A stretch of 64,000 nucleotides of DNA, from the NCBI GenBank assembly GCA_963826785.1, contig CAWGYD010000001.1, positions 384,001 through 448,000 on the forward strand, written 5' to 3'. The notes under the pieces are model-generated. The model was given only the letters and a program-made list of their open reading frames with translations. It had not been told where the DNA came from and made no database searches. This stretch comes from an uncultured delta proteobacterium. Its GTDB lineage: Bacteria; Desulfobacterota; Desulfobacteria; Desulfobacterales; Desulfosalsimonadaceae. Numbering within the stretch: the first letter of the stretch is position 1; each line of letters opens with the position of its first letter. Both the position numbers and the translations under genes were made by a program. Positions 58,678 through 64,000 of this stretch are shown here, piece after piece.

Positions 58678-60329
58678 GCGCCACGCCGTTATTCCTCGTC
58701 CAGCAGTTCATTGAACAGTCCCATACCGGCTCAAACAGCGATGTCGCCCTGAGCGATCCGTCCTGCCAATTGACGTGGCAGGAACTGCGCAGCCGCACCA
58801 GCCGGTTGGCCCACTGCCTGAAAAAAAACGGCATCAGGCGCCAGGACCGGGTGGTCATCTGCCTTCAGCGGTCCGCGTGGTGTATCGTCGCCATGCTCGG
58901 CATTCTCAAGGCGGATGCCATTTATGTTCCCATGGATGAGAAAGCCCCGGATGAACGGATGCGCAAAATCATTCAGGACAGCAACCCGGGCGCTGTGATT
59001 TGCGATGACAAAACCATCGGAAGGATCAATGCCGTAATCGGCCTGACCGGGTTTAAGCCGGCCGTATTTCTGCTCAACAGCACTAAAATCCCTCCGGAAG
59101 GCATTGGCGCCAAACTGGTTGTCCAGCCGCAGATCGATGCCTGCGCACCATCGCCGCCGGTCTTTGAAAATATTGATGCGGATATCGCCTATATCCTTTA
59201 CACATCAGGCTCCACCGGAAATCCCAAGGGGGTCATGATCTCCCATGCCAATATTTTCAATTACATTGAGTGGGCGGCGGATTACCTGGAAATCACCAGC
59301 GACGATGTGATCCTGAGCACGGCGCCCTTTCATTTCGACATGTCGGTATTCGATATTTACTGCGCCCTCAAAACAGGCGCCCGGCTCGCCATCGCCTCCC
59401 CGGGGCTGCTCCTGTTTCCGAATCGACTGGTGGATTTCATGGAACGGGAACGGGTCACCATCTGGAAGGGGGTATCGTCACTGCTCATGTATATCGCCCG
59501 GACCGGGGCATTGAAGCCGGGCCGGCTGCCGCTGTTGCGCAGGATCCTGTTTGCGGGGGAGGTTCTGCCCACCCGGTACCTGATGGACTGGATGACCTGC
59601 TTTCCGGATAAAATCTTTTACAACGGCTACGGTCCCACGGAGGCCACCGGCATGTCCGCCTGCTACCGGGTGCCCGATATTCCGAAACGCCGGGAAGAAA
59701 TCATTCCCATCGGGAAGTCCCGGGCCAACACGGAGCTCTTCCTGCTGGATGAAGCCGGGCGGCCGGTTGCCCGGGGCGAAGTCGGAGAACTTTGCATTCG
59801 GGGGGCGGGCCTGTCTCCAGGTTATTGGAATGATGTGAAAAAAACCCGGGAAAAGTTTGTCCTAAATCCGGCAGGGGCGGCCGGGGATCGGATTTATAAG
59901 ACAGGAGACCTTTGCCGGATAAGGGCGGACGGCAATTTCGAGTACAAAAGCCGCATGGATGATCAGGTCAAATGGATGGGGTACCGGATCGAACTGGGTG
60001 AGATTGAAAATATCATGCGGGCCATGGATTCAGTCGAGGATGTGACGGTGGTCATGACCGGAGGGGAATCCGATGCGGATCGGGAAATCGTCGCCTTCGT
60101 CGAAGGCGTCTCCGGCGCCGGCATTAAAGATCTGATCAACCAGGTGAATTGCAGTCTTCCGGGTTACATGCGGCCCAGACGGATCATCCCCATCGACCGT
60201 ATCCCCCGCAACGAGCGGGGAAAGGTGGACCGGCAGGAATTGAAACGTTTTCATCTTCGCATCGGCCCGGCATTAAAGGATCCTCCGCGAAGGCCGCAAA
60301 AGAATCCGGGGCAGTCCGCCTCGATTTAG
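58674..60329 (+). CDS. Stand-alone amino acid adenylation domain protein
   Basis: AYILYTSGSTGNPKG, FDMS, NGYGPTE, GELCIRG, YKTGDL, GYRIELGEIE, GKVDR. Confidence 0.94.
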   Translation: MSATPLFLVQQFIEQSHTGSNSDVALSDPSCQLTWQELRSRTSRLAHCLKKNGIRRQDRVVICLQRSAWCIVAMLGILKADAIYVPMDEKAPDERMRKIIQDSNPGAVICDDKTIGRINAVIGLTGFKPAVFLLNSTKIPPEGIGAKLVVQPQIDACAPSPPVFENIDADIAYILYTSGSTGNPKGVMISHANIFNYIEWAADYLEITSDDVILSTAPFHFDMSVFDIYCALKTGARLAIASPGLLLFPNRLVDFMERERVTIWKGVSSLLMYIARTGALKPGRLPLLRRILFAGEVLPTRYLMDWMTCFPDKIFYNGYGPTEATGMSACYRVPDIPKRREEIIPIGKSRANTELFLLDEAGRPVARGEVGELCIRGAGLSPGYWNDVKKTREKFVLNPAGAAGDRIYKTGDLCRIRADGNFEYKSRMDDQVKWMGYRIELGEIENIMRAMDSVEDVTVVMTGGESDADREIVAFVEGVSGAGIKDLINQVNCSLPGYMRPRRIIPIDRIPRNERGKVDRQELKRFHLRIGPALKDPPRRPQKNPGQSASI

Positions 60330-60407
60330 AACATTTTCGTCATTGGTGGGGCTTATGAAAAAGGTTTTCCTGATTTCAGGTCTTCGATCAGATCCAGGCG
60401 GAGAAAC

Positions 60408-61457
60408 ATGATATCAAAAGACGAAGTCCGGAAATATCTTGGCATCGTTTATGATCTCAAACGCGAGTGTGCTTTTTATGATGTGCACGCCCATCCGTTT
60501 GAAATCTTCTACAACGAGGTGCAATATGCCCGGCATCCTTCCGATGAGCGGCTGTATGCATCTGACGGGACGGATTTTGCGGGGCCGGCAATTTCAGATG
60601 TTATGGCCGATACGGATGAAAGGAGCCGGTCGGTGCTTCGTCTGATTCGCCAGTCATCCGGATCGAGGGAGAAGCTGAGCGCCGCGTTCCGGCATACCGG
60701 CCCTCGTATATTTGAACAGCACGCGCTTCTCAGCGGAATCGATCACGTTCTGCTGCTTCCCGCCTGGCCGCCGGACGGCGCCAGTGACGCGCAAATGGCG
60801 CAAACGGCACGCATGTTTGTCGACGAAAACCTTTTTCTGCTGGCCGGGAGCATCCCCAGAACCGTTAAAATCGCAGACATTGCCACATACATGCAGGATG
60901 CGGCTGACCGGTTCTGCCTTCGGGCCGTCAAGCTGCATCCGAACCTGACGGGGATCAATCCGGTGGATGCATCGGGCCGCGAACGGATCGAAGCCATCCT
61001 GGATGCCTGCGGAAATTGCGGTCTTCCCCTGATGGTCCACGGGGGAATGAGCCCGGTGCTCAAAGACAGTCCGGCGGCGACCTACGGCATACTGGAAAAT
61101 CTGTCCCGAATCGACTGGGGAGCCGGCCGTGTTCCCGTGATCATTGCCCATGCGGGTTTTTACGGATATGAATTCGAGTCCGTCGATAAAGGTCGGTTGT
61201 CCGCGCTCAGGCGCCTGCTCGACCGGTGCGGCCAGGCCTGGGTGGATTTGTCCGGGCTGAACGTGGGCGTCATGTCGAAGGTCCTGGAAAACATAGGGTC
61301 ACACCGGATTCTGTTCGGGTCGGACATGCTCTATGAGGATCAGTGGCAGATGGTGGTCCGGACGATGTATGCCATCGATCGCTCGGGCCTGCCCCTGGAG
61401 GAGAATTTTATCCGGATAGCGGGGCGCAATCCCGCAGCCATATTTGCTGACAAGTGA
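60408..61457 (+). CDS. Amidohydrolase family protein
   Basis: DVHAH, VKLHP, VHGG, IAHAG, ILFGSD. Confidence 0.88.
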   Translation: MISKDEVRKYLGIVYDLKRECAFYDVHAHPFEIFYNEVQYARHPSDERLYASDGTDFAGPAISDVMADTDERSRSVLRLIRQSSGSREKLSAAFRHTGPRIFEQHALLSGIDHVLLLPAWPPDGASDAQMAQTARMFVDENLFLLAGSIPRTVKIADIATYMQDAADRFCLRAVKLHPNLTGINPVDASGRERIEAILDACGNCGLPLMVHGGMSPVLKDSPAATYGILENLSRIDWGAGRVPVIIAHAGFYGYEFESVDKGRLSALRRLLDRCGQAWVDLSGLNVGVMSKVLENIGSHRILFGSDMLYEDQWQMVVRTMYAIDRSGLPLEENFIRIAGRNPAAIFADK

Positions 61458-61554
61458 GTTTCATCAGAAGATAATGGTTTAATTACAGCTGTTTAGAAGC
61501 GGTGTGCGCGGTCCGGATCAAGGCCGCATGTGCACTATCATCAAGAGGACATAC

Positions 61555-62199
61555 ATGCTCGAATCGATTCAGATGCGGTTTTATCAGGTGCTGGAAACAT
61601 GGAAAACAGACGGGTTTGCCGCCGTCCGGCGGGAGTCGTTTTATGCCGGCCGGGAGGCGATCCTGACGGTAAAGGAACTCAATCGTCAAAAACCGCCCCG
61701 GGTCCCCCTCGATGCGACCGGTCTGAAGTGCATGGAATTGTCGGGTTTGCCCTCTGCCTATCAAAACCTGAAATATTCGCTGAAAAGCCGCCAGGTGAAA
61801 ATGATCCGAAATCTGAATAAAGGATACCAGGCGTTTGCGTTTGTCGGCGGCAACGAGGTCATCGGCGATGTCTGGCACTGCACGGGCGGCCGGGGGAAAA
61901 AGCCGGCACATCCCGATATGAAATGGCTGGGCATCGAGGAGCTGAAGGAAAACGAGGCCTATATGTTTGACTTCTATATCCGGCCGGACAAACGCAAAGG
62001 CGGCCTGATCAACACCGCCCTCGGCCATGCATTGAATACCTTGAAAGACAAAGGGTTTGAAAGGGTCTACGGCTTCTACATGGCCGACAATCTGCCCGCG
62101 CTGTGGATGCACCGCACCACCGGATACAGTGAAATCAACCGGGTCAGAATCAAGCGGCATCTTTTCGGCATTCATCCTGTCCGAACGATCGGGGCATAA
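61555..62199 (+). CDS. GNAT family acyltransferase
   Basis: YMFDFYIRPDKRKGG, DNLPALWMH..GY; AGAGGA RBS. Confidence 0.8.
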   Translation: MLESIQMRFYQVLETWKTDGFAAVRRESFYAGREAILTVKELNRQKPPRVPLDATGLKCMELSGLPSAYQNLKYSLKSRQVKMIRNLNKGYQAFAFVGGNEVIGDVWHCTGGRGKKPAHPDMKWLGIEELKENEAYMFDFYIRPDKRKGGLINTALGHALNTLKDKGFERVYGFYMADNLPALWMHRTTGYSEINRVRIKRHLFGIHPVRTIGA

Positions 62200-62302
62200 C
62201 CATAATATCGTATGATGCGCAGGATGGACGGTTCTCCGGGCGATACTTACAGTTCAGGAAAGATAATCTTTTTTTATTCCATGCGGACGAGGAGGCAGGT
62301 TT

Positions 62303-63226
62303 ATGATTCGATATTTCGGGACGGCAATGGCGCTAAAGAGTTTTTCGGTGTCCTCTCACACCAAGAAAATGTATCGCTTCCTGGGAAATTCACTCGGAGC
62401 GAAAAAACGCTCAGATACGGGGCTTTCGACGGAGTACATTGAACGAGCCAAGTGGATTTTGAATCTGTTCAATCAATTTGGCGTCTCATTGGATAATTCG
62501 AGATTTTTGGAATTGGGAACAGGCTGGATCCACTGGGAATCAACGATACTCAGCCTATTCGGCAATTCCGAGTTCACCCTGTTTGATGTCTGGGACAATC
62601 GGCAGCTGGATGCATTTAAGTCATACTTTTCGAGTTTAAATACCGTATTCGAGGAAGTTTTTGGCCGGGAGGAAAGTTTAAATCCCGCCCAATACGAACA
62701 GGCACGTGCAAAATTAGGCAAAATCGCGTCAATGAATGCCTACGCTCAACTATATGACTTTTTGAAATTCAATTACATCGTTGAGCCTTCGGGAAAACTT
62801 CATCATTTAGAAGATGATTCATACGAGGCCTGTTTCAGCTGGAATGTTTTTGAACACATACATGAAAGTATCGTTTCAGATTACATCCGGGACCTTTACC
62901 GTGCGCTTAAACCGGGCGGGTATTCCTTCCAGGCGATCAATATCAGTGATCACCTGGCAGACTATGAAGAAGGCGTCTGCAGAAAAAATTATCTCAAATA
63001 TTCAGATTTTACGTGGAAATTCTGTTTTGAAAATGATGTACAGTATTTTAACAGAATTCAGGCAAGTGAATGGCTGCGTCTTTTTCAACAGGCCGGATTC
63101 GAGTTGCTGGAAAAAGATTTCCTTTTCCAGCCGGTTCATTGCAGAATCAATAAAAAATATGAGAATCTGGATCGAAAAGATATCGAGTGCACGATGTTAA
63201 AAGTCGTCCACCGTAAACCTTCTTGA
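62303..63226 (+). CDS. Class I SAM-dependent methyltransferase
   Basis: LELGTGW, VFEHI, LKPGG, ISDH, NRIQAS. Confidence 0.85.
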   Translation: MIRYFGTAMALKSFSVSSHTKKMYRFLGNSLGAKKRSDTGLSTEYIERAKWILNLFNQFGVSLDNSRFLELGTGWIHWESTILSLFGNSEFTLFDVWDNRQLDAFKSYFSSLNTVFEEVFGREESLNPAQYEQARAKLGKIASMNAYAQLYDFLKFNYIVEPSGKLHHLEDDSYEACFSWNVFEHIHESIVSDYIRDLYRALKPGGYSFQAINISDHLADYEEGVCRKNYLKYSDFTWKFCFENDVQYFNRIQASEWLRLFQQAGFELLEKDFLFQPVHCRINKKYENLDRKDIECTMLKVVHRKPS

Positions 63227-63270
63227 TGAGTTGAATCCTCAATATTCGTAGTCAAGATGCGAAGTCATAC

Positions 63271-64000
63271 ATGATCGTTTGTAAAAATCCGAATCAAATG
63301 AATAATCCTGTCGATCCGGCCGTCTTTCCGGGCTGGGACGAAACCTTGGCCGCTTCGGATCAGTATTCCATTTTTCATTCGTCACCATGGGCAAAGGTTC
63401 TTCATGAAACTTACGGTTATGCGCCCCGGTATTTTTTGACCCGTTCGGGGGAGCGCTTCAACCTGCTGGTGCCGGTTATGGAAGTAAGCAGCAAGCTGAC
63501 CGGCCGCCGGGGCGTGTCGCTTCCCTTTTCGGATTATTGCGCACCCATCCTGCCCGAGGGGGTGCCGCCAATTCAGCTCATGGAAAACCTCGCTCAATTC
63601 GGGAGAAGGGCGGGTTGGCGATATGTCGAAATCCGGGCGGACCGGCCCATGTTTGAAGATGTAGCACCTTATGAGACTTTCCAGGGCCATTTCCTGCCGC
63701 TGCAGCCGGATACGGACCCGATTTTCCGTACCTTTCGCAAGGCCACCCAGCGCAATGTCAAAAAAGCCGTCAAAAGCGGGGTAGTTGTTTCATTTCACAC
63801 GTCCGCCTATGCGGTGAAGGAATATTACCGTCTCCATTGCCTCACCCGAAAGCGGCACGGTCTGCCCCCCCAGCCGTTCTTCTTTTTCAGCCGCATCCAC
63901 AAACACATCCTCGCGCCCGGAAAAGGCTTCATCGCTTTGGCCGAACATGGCCACCGCAACATCGCCGGCGCCGTTTATCTCACATTCCATCGGCAGTCGG
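63271..64000 (+). CDS. FemAB-like GNAT protein, 3' truncated (absent from ORF track)
   Basis: Hand translation IFHSSPWAKVLHETYGY..GVSLPFSDYC..RNVKKA..TRKRHGLPPQP; open to window end. Confidence 0.88.
   Translation, partial: MIVCKNPNQMNNPVDPAVFPGWDETLAASDQYSIFHSSPWAKVLHETYGYAPRYFLTRSGERFNLLVPVMEVSSKLTGRRGVSLPFSDYCAPILPEGVPPIQLMENLAQFGRRAGWRYVEIRADRPMFEDVAPYETFQGHFLPLQPDTDPIFRTFRKATQRNVKKAVKSGVVVSFHTSAYAVKEYYRLHCLTRKRHGLPPQPFFFFSRIHKHILAPGKGFIALAEHGHRNIAGAVYLTFHRQS

Noticed and set aside
58674..60329. Calling the A domain dltA
   Set aside because: No dltB/dltD in view, it is coupled to a dehydrogenase, and the pocket residues differ

Overview
Gene-dense, GC-rich bacterial window. Gene content (hgcAB, tungsten-type AOR, 2-oxoacid:ferredoxin oxidoreductase, sigma54 regulators) suggests an anaerobic Desulfobacterota-like organism; this is inference. 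Left part (1-27 kb): thiolase, RRM protein, an hgcAB mercury-methylation pair, Hpt-REC-GGDEF protein, ABC transporter, pgm, a RelE-type toxin-antitoxin islet, an AOR-aldolase-MoxR-VWA operon, a four-subunit 2-oxoacid:ferredoxin oxidoreductase and ilvE. hgcA has an in-frame N-terminal extension with a Cys-UGA (CU) motif and a SECIS-like hairpin, so it is probably a selenoprotein. Right part (27.9-64 kb): a large Wzx/Wzy exopolysaccharide locus. It is interrupted by a minus-strand block: two secreted proteins behind a sigma54 promoter and a c-di-GMP-I riboswitch, plus a two-component system. It continues with an ACP/acyl-CoA-dehydrogenase/adenylation-domain/GNAT tailoring cassette. Further highlights: a priming glycosyltransferase fused to a degenerate GGDEF domain that keeps the RxxD site, and a possible Fn3 donor-strand pairing between the two secreted proteins. 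Five single-base homopolymer frameshifts are probably sequencing errors. No rRNA, tRNA, CRISPR or transposase was seen. All calls are by-eye motif recognition, not database searches.
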